Origin: a virus
Taxonomy: Duplodnaviria > Caudoviricetes
Length of the DNA stretch: 64,000 nucleotides
IMG/VR virus record: IMGVR_UViG_3300035134_000062
Coordinates: 335-64,334 of that record
Reading direction: 5' to 3' (one strand)
In this document: one piece after another, positions 35,772-45,385 of the stretch
Position numbering within the stretch: the first letter of the stretch is position 1
Layout: each line of letters starts with the position of its first letter
The notes under the pieces: generated by a model
Databases searched by the model: none
The model's input: only the letters and a program-made list of their open reading frames with translations
Told to the model about the DNA's origin: nothing
Program-made: the position numbers and the translations under genes

Positions 35772-36293
35772 ATGTGCAAGTGGGGGGAGGTTCTTTTCTT
35801 GACAGTCACAGCATATGGGTGCGGTAAAGACACTAAGGTAGCCGTGTACAACCACACGACTTTTGGTGTGCATGAGCCGGCGATCCATTGGGTTGTCGAT
35901 CGGATTTGGGACGGGTTGCCTGCATATGATTTGGACATCCATCTTTTTTCGAGTTGGAAAGGCGACCCGTGCCCACAGTATCAAGGGCCTGATCTCATGA
36001 CTGACGGAAGCTGGTGTGCGGAGCTCAACGGTTTTGCGTACACACCTGGAGGTCCGGTTATGATACGTCTACAAGAGGAGATGCCTTGGACTGCATGCTT
36101 GACTGAGTCTGCTCTCGTACATGAGCTACTACATCTATGGGCATACGATCACAGCATCAAAGGCGCGTTAGAACACTACTCTGCATTTTGGTATATAAAA
36201 CCGGGCGTGAATGCAGAGCTGTTTTGCCGTGATCCTAACTGCTACCCGGATTTATTTGAACGGTGTGACGGTGTGGAGATACCTGCATGGTGA
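35772..36293 (+). CDS. Putative lipoprotein with an HExxH zincin motif (paralog of 53397-53855)
   Basis: LFLTVTAYG-C lipobox-like start; SALVHELLH. Confidence 0.65.
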   Translation: MCKWGEVLFLTVTAYGCGKDTKVAVYNHTTFGVHEPAIHWVVDRIWDGLPAYDLDIHLFSSWKGDPCPQYQGPDLMTDGSWCAELNGFAYTPGGPVMIRLQEEMPWTACLTESALVHELLHLWAYDHSIKGALEHYSAFWYIKPGVNAELFCRDPNCYPDLFERCDGVEIPAW

Positions 36294-36362
36294 AGATCGA
36301 TTTTGGTGATAGCGAAGTTCTGCGCATCTTGGTGCTGTGGATCGAATCTACTCTGAGGCTGT

Positions 36363-36659
36363 ATGACAGACAAAACCAAAAAAATTGGCGGCGGTGAATA
36401 CAACACACAATTTGCATTGGACGAACTACGTCGCAGGAGAGCGCTAGGACACACTCCGGGTTGTCTATGTTCGTCTCGTGATGAACGTATATGTCCCAAA
36501 TGTGATCACAAGGCTAGTTTCCATGGGGTTGGTGGTTGTACTATTTGCGATTGTTTAGAGACTCCAGAAAGTTTGGGTGTTGCTGGTCTGACTCCTGGCG
36601 TTTCTTGCCGTAAGCTGCGGCAATATCTTGGCTCCCGTAAAATCGAGGTCTCAGAATGA
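36363..36659 (+). CDS. Small Cys-rich hypothetical protein
   Basis: CPKCDH...CTICDC; ATGA coupling to PolA. Confidence 0.55.
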   Translation: MTDKTKKIGGGEYNTQFALDELRRRRALGHTPGCLCSSRDERICPKCDHKASFHGVGGCTICDCLETPESLGVAGLTPGVSCRKLRQYLGSRKIEVSE

Positions 36660-38542
36660 CAGACTGGCTGCGTGATGCTGCGGTAATCGATTTTGAATCG
36701 ATGGCCATAGAGCCGCGCCCTAAATATCCTCCTACCCCCGTAGGTGTGGCCATCGAAGTAGGGCGCAAGCGTCGTTACATGGCGTGGGGACATCCGACGA
36801 AGAACAACTGCTCGTGGTCTGATGCTCGCCGTGAGCTTGGAGAGTTGTTCGATTCTAAAAGACCCTTGCTGTTCCACAACGCGAAGTTCGATGTTGAGGT
36901 GGCGGTAGCGGAATTTGGGGTTGAGTATCCTGAATGGAATAGAATCCATGATACGCTTCCGATGCTCTTCCTCTACAACCCACGGCTTGAAAGTTTCAGC
37001 CTCAAGCCTTCCAGTGAATTGCTGTTGGGGATGCCGCCGGAAGAAAGAGACATCGTCGTTGATTGGCTCATAGAGCATCAGCCGGTTGCCGGATGGAAGC
37101 TTTCCGACAACCCCCGCAGCAAAGGGAAGCATACACGATACGCAGGGGCTTACATTGCTCTTGCGCCAGGCGACATCGTTGGAAAATACGCTATCGGTGA
37201 TACAACCCGCACCAAGAAGCTGGCTCAGTTCCTTTATCCGGATCTCAAGCGTAGAGGGATGGTAGACGCTTATGATCTAGAGCGTGAGCTAATGCCGCAC
37301 CTATCGCTCATGGAGAAGCAAGGGGTGCGGGTCAACGTTCGTAGGCTGTCACGAGACATCGAGTTGTACGAGAAAGCCAAAGCTCGCTTAGAGGCGTGGC
37401 TTCTGAAGAAACTCCGAGCTGGCGAAGATTTCAATCTGGATAGCGGGCCACAGTTGGTTGATGCTTTGGTGTCCGCTAAGCTCGCAGTGCCTGAGAAGCT
37501 TGGCTACACTCCTACGGGTAAGTTGCAATCCAACAAAGCTGCGCTGAGTTTGGGGGTGACGAACAAACAAGTTCTTGCAGCTCTCAAGTATCGGTCCAGT
37601 CTTGCTACGTGCCTACGTACTTTCATGCGCCCATGGCATGCTACTGCTATTGAGAGTGGTGGCTACATATACACTACGTGGAACTCCACACGAAAGTCTC
37701 GTGACGCAGGGAATGTAGGCGCTAGTACTGGGAGGTTCAGCAGCACCCCTAATTTCCAAAATCTGGCTACTATATTCGAGATATTATTCGGGGATGGTAA
37801 GTCGTTACCAAAGGCGCCTGTTGAGCTCCCTCCACTGCCTCATGTTCGTCAATACGTGATACCTCACGCTCCTGGGGAGAAGCTCATAGGCCGAGACTTC
37901 GATGGCCAGGAGTTGCGGGTGTTGGCGCACTATGAAGATGACGTATTGCGCGAACAGTACTGCCGTGCGCCTAAGACTGACCTGCATCAACACGTTGCGG
38001 ATCAATTGGCGTCCAGGGGCTTCCCCATTGGTAGGCGTCGGGCGAAGACCATCAATTTTGCGATCATCTATGGCGTCGGTTTAGGGAAGTTGGCGGAACA
38101 GCTTAGCACCACGGTAGACGAGGCCAGAGAGATCCGCAAAGCCTATTTTTCTACGTTCCCCTCCATCCGGCGCATGACAAGGGAGGTTTCTTCGAGGTTG
38201 GAAAGCGGTGGGTCCATACGTACACTAGCAGGGAGAGAGTATTACGTAGAGGATCCTAAGATCGTAAATGGAAAGATGCGAACTTTTGGGTACAAAGGGC
38301 CCAACATTTTGATTCAGGGGAGTAGTGCTGACCTTACCAAAATGGCAATGGTGCACCTGGCAAAGGTTAAGCCTAAGAGAATGAAGCTACTGTTGTCTGT
38401 CCATGACGAGATTGTATGCTCTACACCCAAAGAACATTGGCGCGAAGATATGGCTTTGATGGCTGAAGTCATGAACACTCCACGATTGGATGTCCCTATC
38501 TTGAGTGATGGCTATCACGGAACAACCTGGGATTTGAAGTAG
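36656..38542 (+). CDS. polA: Family A DNA polymerase with a 3'-5' exonuclease domain
   Basis: ExoI IDFES, ExoII FHNAKFD, TGRFSSTPNFQN, motif A DFDGQELRVLAHY, motif B RRRAKTINFAIIYG, motif C LSVHDEIV. Confidence 0.97.
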   Translation: MTDWLRDAAVIDFESMAIEPRPKYPPTPVGVAIEVGRKRRYMAWGHPTKNNCSWSDARRELGELFDSKRPLLFHNAKFDVEVAVAEFGVEYPEWNRIHDTLPMLFLYNPRLESFSLKPSSELLLGMPPEERDIVVDWLIEHQPVAGWKLSDNPRSKGKHTRYAGAYIALAPGDIVGKYAIGDTTRTKKLAQFLYPDLKRRGMVDAYDLERELMPHLSLMEKQGVRVNVRRLSRDIELYEKAKARLEAWLLKKLRAGEDFNLDSGPQLVDALVSAKLAVPEKLGYTPTGKLQSNKAALSLGVTNKQVLAALKYRSSLATCLRTFMRPWHATAIESGGYIYTTWNSTRKSRDAGNVGASTGRFSSTPNFQNLATIFEILFGDGKSLPKAPVELPPLPHVRQYVIPHAPGEKLIGRDFDGQELRVLAHYEDDVLREQYCRAPKTDLHQHVADQLASRGFPIGRRRAKTINFAIIYGVGLGKLAEQLSTTVDEAREIRKAYFSTFPSIRRMTREVSSRLESGGSIRTLAGREYYVEDPKIVNGKMRTFGYKGPNILIQGSSADLTKMAMVHLAKVKPKRMKLLLSVHDEIVCSTPKEHWREDMALMAEVMNTPRLDVPILSDGYHGTTWDLK

Positions 38543-38551
38543 GAGATTATA

Positions 38552-39247
38552 ATGTGTCCTCGAAAACGTTTGCAAAAGATCACTGCCTGGTCCTACAGTA
38601 GGCTGAGCGAATATTGCCGTTGTCCTTTCTCTGCAAAGCTGAAGTTTCTCGACAGGATCAAGGAGCCGCAAAACGCTGCTATGGCGCGTGGACAAAGCAT
38701 CCACGAGAAAGCTGGCGTATTCATCAAGGGGCGTTCCAAAAAAACCCCGGAGGAGTTGGAGCGCTTCACCGATGAATTTGCACACCTCAGGCATATTAAG
38801 AAGTCAGTAGCCATAGAGTTGGAGCTCGCCGTACGGGCAGACTGGTCTGTGTGCGATTGGTTTGCAAAGGATGCCTGGCTCCGTGCGAAGCTCGATACAG
38901 CATACGTCATGGACGACTCCTGGAAGATCATCGATTTCAAAACGGGGAAGGTTCGTCCGGAGAATGTCGAGCAGTTGGATTTGTACGCTGCCGTCGCCAT
39001 AGCGCACGCACCGGATCATGTACAGGTTATTGATGCGGAGCTTTGGTACCTCGACTGGGGGGAGATCATCCGCCGAACCTATTCCCGCGCGGATGCGTTG
39101 CGGCTGCAGAAGAAGTACAAGAAGGATAAGGCTGTACTCAAGATGTTGTCTGATACGACGTTCAAACCTACTCCGGGAAACCATTGCCGGTGGTGCTACT
39201 TCGGGCAGGCGAAGAAGGAAGAGGGTCCAGGGCTTTGCAAGTATTGA
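38552..39247 (+). CDS. PD-(D/E)xK (RecB/Cas4-like) nuclease
   Basis: AWSYSRL..Y..CP, RGQSIHE, RAKLD......IIDFKTGK, QLDLYA, C-terminal C.WC.F...C. Confidence 0.9.
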   Translation: MCPRKRLQKITAWSYSRLSEYCRCPFSAKLKFLDRIKEPQNAAMARGQSIHEKAGVFIKGRSKKTPEELERFTDEFAHLRHIKKSVAIELELAVRADWSVCDWFAKDAWLRAKLDTAYVMDDSWKIIDFKTGKVRPENVEQLDLYAAVAIAHAPDHVQVIDAELWYLDWGEIIRRTYSRADALRLQKKYKKDKAVLKMLSDTTFKPTPGNHCRWCYFGQAKKEEGPGLCKY

Positions 39248-39254
39248 GGGCAGT

Positions 39255-39545
39255 ATGCGGCAGTTGGAACGATCCGTCGAGAATCGATTTGTTGAGTTGT
39301 GCAATGGTGCAAGCCTCACGCATGTAAAATGTACACCAGAGGGGACTGTTGCATGGCCTGATAGACTCATCCTAGCACCGGGCGGGCGAGCTATTTTCGT
39401 AGAGCTCAAACGCCCGGGGGAGGAGCCTAGGCCAGCGCAAGCGCACATTCATAGAAGGCTCAAGAGCCTTGGGTATACGGTTATCGTAGCTGATGATGCA
39501 GATGAGGCTTTTCAGAAGGTGTGCATTACATTGGGTGTAATATAA
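39255..39545 (+). CDS. VRR-NUC domain nuclease
   Basis: E.SVE..F, G..AWPDRLIL.PGG..IFVELKRPGE.PRP.Q...H..L..LG..V.V.D. Confidence 0.92.
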   Translation: MRQLERSVENRFVELCNGASLTHVKCTPEGTVAWPDRLILAPGGRAIFVELKRPGEEPRPAQAHIHRRLKSLGYTVIVADDADEAFQKVCITLGVI

Positions 39546-41014
39546 TGCGGCCTGAGAAATGGAATCCTCTACCCCACCACAAGACGGCAGTTAGATGGTT
39601 GGTGAAGCACCCGGAAGCGGCTCTTCTTCTGGCTCCGGGGTTGGGTAAGACTAGTGTAACGCTTGCAGCGTTTGCTGCACTACGCAAAGCTGGCACGGCC
39701 CGCAAGATGCTGGTCATAGCTCCACGTAGGCCGTGCTACAGCGTTTGGTCGTCAGAAGCCCCAGGAGAGCTTTGGAGGTGGAAAGACTTTCACGACCTTC
39801 GTGTAACGCTGCTACACGGTCCTCACAAGGATGATAGGCTCGAAGAAGATAGCGACATCTTCGTGATTAATTTCGATGGCCTCGTGTGGCTCATAGAAAA
39901 ACAGAAGTATCTGACGAAGTTGATCAAGCGTGGAGTTGATATTCTGGCCGTGGATGAGCTGAGCCGATTCAAGCATCCTAAGAGTAAACGCTTCAAGCTT
40001 CTCAAGCCGCACCTAGGAAGGTTTTCCAGGAGGTGGGGCCTCACTGGCTCCCCCGCCACAAATGGACTGCTAGATCTCTTTGGGCAGATCTACATGGTGG
40101 ACCTTGGGAAGTCCCTTGGGCGGTATATTTCACACTACCGTACGAAGTTCTTTGTTCCTTCCGGGTACAGGGGGTATAAGTGGAAGCTGCAGGACGGTGC
40201 GGAGAGGAGGATCTATCAAGCAATCAAACCCGTCGCGCTGTCGATGAAAGCTGAAGATCATTTGGATCTTCCTAAGCTTGTTGAGCAGGATGTATATGTA
40301 GACATCCCTTCCGAAGCTCAAAAGACTTACGCAGAGATGGAGGGGGAGTTCATTACTTTACTCAAAGATGGGGTGATTACAGCGGCGAATGCTGGGGTTG
40401 CTAGCCTGAAATGCAGGCAGATTGCTAGCGGTGGTCTGTACGCGCAGGATGAAAACCAAGCAACTACGCTCGAAGCTGTGAAGCAGAAGATCAAATCTCC
40501 ACCCCCCACGAGACGCAGGAAGACTCTACATATCCACCATGCAAAGACAGAAGCTTTGGAAGATTTGGTTAGTGAGTTGCAAGGGTCGCCGTTACTCGTA
40601 GCGTACGAATTTGAGCACGACTTGCAGCGTATCATGAGTATATTAGGCAAGGATGTTCCAGCGCTCAAGGGTGGTACGAGCGACAAAAAAGCAAACAAGT
40701 TGATCCAACAGTGGAATGCCGGACAGCTACCGGTTCTTTGTGGGCACCCTGCGGCTATGGGGCATGGGTTGAACCTGCAGCAATCCGGGTATCATGTCTG
40801 CTGGTATAGTCTGCCATGGGATTTCGAGATGTACGATCAGACGATTCGCCGAGTGTACCGCCATGGTAGTACTGCAGAGCGGGTGTTCGTGCATCGTTTG
40901 ATCGCAAGAGATACGCTAGACGAAGTTGTAGCTTCCGTACTACGTGCAAAGCAACGTCGCCAGGACGCGCTTTTCAAGGCTCTCAAAGCACACATTCGAA
41001 GATCTAGGAGTTAG
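39545..41014 (+). CDS. SNF2-like (SF2) helicase
   Basis: APGLGKT, VDELS.FK...SKRFK, LTGSP..NGLLDLFGQ, HPAAMGHGLNLQ, YDQTIRRVYR.G. Confidence 0.94.
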   Translation: MRPEKWNPLPHHKTAVRWLVKHPEAALLLAPGLGKTSVTLAAFAALRKAGTARKMLVIAPRRPCYSVWSSEAPGELWRWKDFHDLRVTLLHGPHKDDRLEEDSDIFVINFDGLVWLIEKQKYLTKLIKRGVDILAVDELSRFKHPKSKRFKLLKPHLGRFSRRWGLTGSPATNGLLDLFGQIYMVDLGKSLGRYISHYRTKFFVPSGYRGYKWKLQDGAERRIYQAIKPVALSMKAEDHLDLPKLVEQDVYVDIPSEAQKTYAEMEGEFITLLKDGVITAANAGVASLKCRQIASGGLYAQDENQATTLEAVKQKIKSPPPTRRRKTLHIHHAKTEALEDLVSELQGSPLLVAYEFEHDLQRIMSILGKDVPALKGGTSDKKANKLIQQWNAGQLPVLCGHPAAMGHGLNLQQSGYHVCWYSLPWDFEMYDQTIRRVYRHGSTAERVFVHRLIARDTLDEVVASVLRAKQRRQDALFKALKAHIRRSRS

Positions 41015-41015
41015 T

Positions 41016-41822
41016 ATGCCGAGCAAAGAGCAACTCAAGTTTGCATGCCCCCATTGCGCTACGAAGTTCGACGTTCAGGAGTTGGCGGTACACATTGACT
41101 CGACGAAATGCGGTGTGTACTTGCGCGAACATCTCGGGAAGCAATTCCGCAAAAACGTAGACGTGAAGGAGCCTACAAAAGCGCAAGCTGCCGCGCGTTC
41201 TGAAGCGCTGCTCGTACAGGACAAAAAAGGAAACACCGCTCTCAAGATGAGTGGGGGTTCGGAGGTTATCTACATCCCATACAGCTCTGATGGGTTGGAA
41301 GTTCGTACACTTCGCAAAGTGCAGTTCGATACTCAATATAAAGGGTCCCCCGAGTATCCGCCTGGCCGTGCGGCGATGCTGTATCTAGAATTTGCTCAAC
41401 TGCACGGAGCTACGGAGGAGACTCTCAATATGCTAGCGACTTTGGTTGACGTGCCATCGGCTGTACGGAAAAGGGCCCTTGAAGCTATGCACGTGCAAGA
41501 GACTACGTCTGATACGACAAAGATTGTGAAGGCCCAGATGGGCAGTGCTCGGGCGGAGGTGATACGCAAACCGCGTCGTAGTGCAGCGGCGATGTTTCAA
41601 GATCTGATCATGAAGGGGCTGTATACCGATGATGAGATCTTTGAACAGGTGCAAGAGGCTTTCGATCTTCCGGAAAGCAAACGGCGTTATGTTCAAGTAT
41701 ATCGTAGTAGGCTCCGCACCAAAGGGATGAATCCCCCACCTCGACGAGTGCATTCGGTGTCCGAAGCTCGCCCTTCGCAGCTCAAGGATATTCCAGCTCC
41801 GCCGCCTAAACCTTTGCGATAA
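41016..41822 (+). CDS. Hypothetical protein with an N-terminal CPHC motif and a possible C-terminal winged-helix
   Basis: AGGAG upstream; C-terminal TDDEIFEQVQEAF......YV..YRSRLR.KG. Confidence 0.7.
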   Translation: MPSKEQLKFACPHCATKFDVQELAVHIDSTKCGVYLREHLGKQFRKNVDVKEPTKAQAAARSEALLVQDKKGNTALKMSGGSEVIYIPYSSDGLEVRTLRKVQFDTQYKGSPEYPPGRAAMLYLEFAQLHGATEETLNMLATLVDVPSAVRKRALEAMHVQETTSDTTKIVKAQMGSARAEVIRKPRRSAAAMFQDLIMKGLYTDDEIFEQVQEAFDLPESKRRYVQVYRSRLRTKGMNPPPRRVHSVSEARPSQLKDIPAPPPKPLR

Positions 41823-41858
41823 ATACACTGAGTATATTTTGAAACCGGAAAGGAGCCA

Positions 41859-42095
41859 ATGATGTTGCTGAGCGTAGATCCAGATAGCGGAGTAGAGACT
41901 GTGACACTATCGGACGCGGATGTCACGCAGATCGTCTCCCGTGGGGGTGTGGTCGTGCGGATATCTATCATGACGTGTGACGGTACTTGGAAGGGAGAGG
42001 CGTATGACCGTGACACGGGGCGCGCCGGGGCGTTGCTTGATAGAGTGTACAATTTGTGGTGCTGCAGCCGCCGTGGGCGATCTGTACCCAGGTGA
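41859..42095 (+). CDS. Hypothetical protein
   Basis: AAGGAG upstream; its 3' end runs into the 98-bp repeat. Confidence 0.5.
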   Translation: MMLLSVDPDSGVETVTLSDADVTQIVSRGGVVVRISIMTCDGTWKGEAYDRDTGRAGALLDRVYNLWCCSRRGRSVPR

Positions 42096-42183
42096 GTGAC
42101 CAACCCAGGCCCGCGGTGCCCACCGACAGGCCGTAGATGACCAGCCAAGATGGCACGCAGTCTGCAAGGTAAGAAGGCATGAC
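42086..42183 (+). promoter_or_regulatory. 98-bp repeat copy 1 containing a sigma54-type -24/-12 motif (class II)
   Basis: Colinear with 51925-52022. TGGCACGCAGTCTGCA at 42151-42166 (GG-N10-GC); ACCCAGG direct repeats and a CGGTG-CC-CACCG palindrome lie upstream. Confidence 0.7.
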
Positions 42184-42352
42184 GTTGCCACACAGAACAG
42201 AAGACATTCTTCACCGCATCGAAGAAATTGATGCCTCCATCAGGCGCCTCAAAGGCACCGGCCTTACGTGGACTATGGATGCACTTGGTGACGCATACGC
42301 TTTGGATTACGAGCGAGCTCGCCTTGAGGATGAGCTTAGGAGACAATCATGA
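42179..42352 (+). CDS. 57-aa hypothetical protein (not in the ORF track)
   Basis: MTLPHRTEDILHRIEEIDASIRRLKGTG...ERARLEDELRRQS; ATGA coupling to 42349. Confidence 0.5.
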   Translation: MTLPHRTEDILHRIEEIDASIRRLKGTGLTWTMDALGDAYALDYERARLEDELRRQS

Positions 42353-42540
42353 CGATCAAGATTTGTCCTTGTTGTGGTCGTGAATATGACCTCGAAGGCT
42401 TCCGGGCCCTCGCCGATGGCGGGTACCAGGATATGATCGATACCGACATCCGGCTTGAGCAGCATCACTGCACCTGCAAGTCGACGATCGGGATTTTTGT
42501 GGCGCCGGATGGCACGGTTGTTGATGACCTGGATTGGTAA
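42349..42540 (+). CDS. Small Zn-ribbon protein
   Basis: CPCCGREY...HCTCKST; AGGAG upstream. Confidence 0.7.
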   Translation: MTIKICPCCGREYDLEGFRALADGGYQDMIDTDIRLEQHHCTCKSTIGIFVAPDGTVVDDLDW

Positions 42541-42552
42541 GCGCGGAGTGTA

Positions 42553-42654
42553 GTGACATCCCTGTCGCGGTCCGCAAAAAGGTGCGAGATTTCAGGTGTG
42601 TTTTGGATGTAAGTACTTGATTTCGTGTGCGCGATATCTGGCATGGAGAGTGCA
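42553..42654 (+). promoter_or_regulatory. sigma54-type promoter A (class I): upstream palindromes, IHF site and -24/-12
   Basis: GTGACA-N4-TGTCGC 42553-68; CCGCA-N6-TGCGA 42572-87; IHF consensus AATCAAGTACTTA (minus strand, 42610-22); TGGCATGGAGAGTGCA 42639-54. Confidence 0.75.
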
Positions 42655-42695
42655 TTAGGTATTAGCGTGCTTAGCCTAGAGAGGGAGACAGAGAC

Positions 42696-43667
42696 ATGAG
42701 CACAAAGAAACGCACCGATCCTCACCGCAAAGGTGCAATCATCCCCGCCGAGTACACCCACGTCCTGAGCTACAACGGCGGGACTACTAAGGATGGGTGG
42801 CCCGTACCGGCATTTGGGATCAACTGCACGTTCGACCGCCGAGTTGGGTACGATAAGGACGACCACCCTGTATCTCAGTGGGATCGTACCGCCGTACGTC
42901 ATGTAGACGGCCAGCATGATGCGGATGGTCAGTGTTGCGTCGTAGGGCTTATGCAGGTCGCCAAGGCGAAATTCGCGAGCCACGGGACCACCGGAAAGTG
43001 CACGGCTTGCGGGGCACAGTTTGTCTACGGCGAGGTATGGCGGCATGAGCCGACCGGCGAGCATATCCACGTAGGACATATCTGCGGCACCAAGTATGGC
43101 CTCCTTGCAGATCGTAGTGCTTTCGAGCTCGAAGCAGGGCGCAGAGCTCAGGCCGCCGCGATCGCCGCTCAAAAAGCCGTCAACGCTGAGAAGCGCAAAG
43201 CTTTCTTGGAGGCCCATGAAGGACTTGAAAAAGCGTTGGAGACACCCCACCGCATTGTGGGGGACATCAAGCGGCGGTTTGAGAAGTTCTGCACCCTGAG
43301 CGACAAGCAAATCGCTCTCGTGTACAAGCTTGCGGCCGAAGAAACAGCCCCCAAGGTGTGCGATCACTGCCACGGCGACCATGAGTTGGATGACTGCCCT
43401 GAGAGAACGCCACTTACAGATGGTCGCCAAGAGCTTTGTGGGCGTATCCTATCTGTTCAAGCGCGGGAGGAATTTTTTGGAACGTCGCTCAAAATGCTGG
43501 TGCTCTTGACCACAGGTGCGAAGGTATGGGGCACCCTGCCGCAAAGTCTCTGTAGCGTAGATGGTATTCTCCGGGGGAAGACAGTTCAATTTACGGCGCA
43601 GGTGACGGCTAAAGATCAATTTTTTGGCTTCTTCTCACGTCCAACCAGGGCGTCGGTTGTGCAGTAG
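42696..43667 (+). CDS. Early hypothetical protein with a probable C-terminal OB-fold
   Basis: CTACG, GHICG, LSDKQIAL, then a beta-rich C-terminus (G.ILSV...FG.SLKMLV....G.KVWGTLP...F.A.V...D..FGFF.RPT.A). Confidence 0.75.
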   Translation: MSTKKRTDPHRKGAIIPAEYTHVLSYNGGTTKDGWPVPAFGINCTFDRRVGYDKDDHPVSQWDRTAVRHVDGQHDADGQCCVVGLMQVAKAKFASHGTTGKCTACGAQFVYGEVWRHEPTGEHIHVGHICGTKYGLLADRSAFELEAGRRAQAAAIAAQKAVNAEKRKAFLEAHEGLEKALETPHRIVGDIKRRFEKFCTLSDKQIALVYKLAAEETAPKVCDHCHGDHELDDCPERTPLTDGRQELCGRILSVQAREEFFGTSLKMLVLLTTGAKVWGTLPQSLCSVDGILRGKTVQFTAQVTAKDQFFGFFSRPTRASVVQ

Positions 43668-43735
43668 CACGGAGGGCGCCCCTGGGACATCCCGGGGGCG
43701 TTGCTCGGCACTATTGCCGGAGGGAGAGAGACATG
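43661..43735 (+). promoter_or_regulatory. Double-hairpin stop-to-start leader, copy 1
   Basis: Near-identical to 51199-51269. A GC stem with G-U pairs, then CGGCA-CTAT-TGCCG, then the AGGGAGA RBS. Confidence 0.7.
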
Positions 43736-43921
43736 AAGATCTATCATATATACAACAACATCAGCGGTAAATACGTCGGCGGCTACCCGGCCGACACTGA
43801 GGATGCAGCCGCCGACGCCATGGTCCGTGAGGCCGGCTATGCAGATTTCGTAGAGTTCTGCGATATGCTAGGGGTGTCGGTCGATGATGCCAAGATTGAC
43901 CTGTTGCATATCTTTCTCTGA
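43733..43921 (+). CDS. Small acidic protein homologous to the N-terminus of 50429-51205
   Basis: Y.I.N..SG...G.Y.AD..E.A..AM.R.AGY.DF.E.CD..G.S. Confidence 0.8.
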   Translation: MKIYHIYNNISGKYVGGYPADTEDAAADAMVREAGYADFVEFCDMLGVSVDDAKIDLLHIFL

Positions 43922-43935
43922 GGGGAGACACAGCC

Positions 43936-44229
43936 ATGAGATCAGCGAAAGAAATCATCGAGCGCTTTGGCGAACTGACCACCACCGACCGCCGCTGCAT
44001 TGATGCCGGCTTCGCTGCAGGTAATTACTCCAACGGGTGCGAGACGGAAGACTACACCGAGACAGAGAAGCAAAGGGACGGCCGGAACGGCTTCTGGCGC
44101 ATGGGATTCTTGCTGGGATTCTTCTCTAGCTATGAACTCCATGAAGTGCCACCCGAGTACCGAGAGCAAGTGGGCACGTACAGGGAAGTGCTCGCGCTTC
44201 TCGAAGATGAAGGGGAGACACAGTCATGA
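43936..44229 (+). CDS. Hypothetical protein
   Basis: GGGGAGAC RBS motif. Confidence 0.75.
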   Translation: MRSAKEIIERFGELTTTDRRCIDAGFAAGNYSNGCETEDYTETEKQRDGRNGFWRMGFLLGFFSSYELHEVPPEYREQVGTYREVLALLEDEGETQS

Positions 44230-44483
44230 GCAACCACGCCACAATCGAGACTTATGAGCAGTATTGGGCCATGGTTTTTGGCCCGCATCGAGACCCTGCG
44301 GATGTCGTCGCCGACGATGACTGCCTATGCACTCCTGACGACATCAGGCATTTCGTGCTCGACGCAGAGCGGGAGGCCTTCGCCCAAGGAGCACAATGCA
44401 CATTCACCAAGCTCGTGAAGTTCCGAATCATAGCCGCTGAAGACTTGCACGCCGCCATGCTGGACGACGACAAGCCATTCTGA
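44226..44483 (+). CDS. Acidic hypothetical protein ('IETYEQYW' family)
   Basis: Paralog of 44500 and of the middle of 50429. Confidence 0.8.
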   Translation: MSNHATIETYEQYWAMVFGPHRDPADVVADDDCLCTPDDIRHFVLDAEREAFAQGAQCTFTKLVKFRIIAAEDLHAAMLDDDKPF

Positions 44484-44499
44484 GGAGGGAGACACAGTC

Positions 44500-44754
44500 A
44501 TGAGTATTTATCCCAGAATCGAGACTTACGAGCAGTATTGGGCCATTCTTTTCGGCAAAGACGAACCGGATGATGTCGTCTTCTCTGAGGATAGCCTACG
44601 GGGCATCGAAGACATCGAGCCTTTCTTGATTCGCACTGAACAGTATCGGCTCGCCGCGACAGCGGTTCCTTCCTCCGAGAAGCTTCGAGCCTTTCGAGCG
44701 GAAGCGGCGGAGGAACTCGAAGTCAGCATGCTGTGCGACGATATGGCATTCTGA
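44500..44754 (+). CDS. Acidic hypothetical protein ('IETYEQYW' family)
   Basis: Paralog of 44226. Confidence 0.8.
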   Translation: MSIYPRIETYEQYWAILFGKDEPDDVVFSEDSLRGIEDIEPFLIRTEQYRLAATAVPSSEKLRAFRAEAAEELEVSMLCDDMAF

Positions 44755-44768
44755 GGAGGGAGAGAGAC

Positions 44769-45176
44769 ATGACAAAGAAGACTGTCCACTACGCCGTGGC
44801 CTATGATACCTACGGAGTCCGCATGTGTCGCTATGCAGGGAAGACCCTGAAAGATACGCTGCTAAAGCTGGTCGATGATCAAGTAGTGGCTGACGAAACT
44901 TGTTCGATTGATATTTCTGTCGATCACGTTGCGGACGAACCGCTAACCACCGCCGAACAGCTCTATGCTGTCCTGGCCCGTGATGCCGCACCAAGTTTCG
45001 TAGCCCGCCTTTGTCAAGGACTCTTTGGGGAGTTGGCAGAAGAAGAAGTCATTTCGGATACTGGATGTGTTACATTTCAATGTTACATATTCCCGGACGG
45101 GAGCCGCCTTTGTATCAGCCACGACATTAATACGTGGTGGGTAAGCGAGGGTGGTGAGAAGGACGAGGAGAATTGA
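44769..45176 (+). CDS. Hypothetical protein
   Basis: GAGGAGGGAGAGAGAC RBS motif. Confidence 0.75.
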   Translation: MTKKTVHYAVAYDTYGVRMCRYAGKTLKDTLLKLVDDQVVADETCSIDISVDHVADEPLTTAEQLYAVLARDAAPSFVARLCQGLFGELAEEEVISDTGCVTFQCYIFPDGSRLCISHDINTWWVSEGGEKDEEN

Positions 45177-45382
45177 TGAATACAAAAAAGCGACTTCGTT
45201 TTCTGTCGGCGGTAGCAGAACAAAGGGTTGATGACATCCTAGCGATGGCAGATGAAGAGATTCTCAAGGAGGTAGAAGAATCCGGCAATGCCGAGAAAAT
45301 GGCAAGTCATCTGCGAGCAAAAGCGGCGGCCCTTGTTGCCCAAATCCGTAGGGAGAGACGAGATAAGGACGAGGAGGGATGA
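45176..45382 (+). CDS. Hypothetical protein
   Basis: GAGGAG upstream; coupled to the previous gene. Confidence 0.6.
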   Translation: MNTKKRLRFLSAVAEQRVDDILAMADEEILKEVEESGNAEKMASHLRAKAAALVAQIRRERRDKDEEG

Positions 45383-45385
45383 ACC

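Noticed and set aside
38552-39247. Cas4-like nuclease as evidence of a CRISPR system
   Set aside because: It is a stand-alone PD-(D/E)xK nuclease in a standard phage replication module; no array or other cas genes are present.
41968-42207. Hydrophobic minus-strand peptide (MPSYLA...LGWSLTW) in both 98-bp repeats as a type I toxin
   Set aside because: Differences between the copies are mostly non-synonymous, no RBS is evident, and conservation is better explained by promoter elements on the plus strand.
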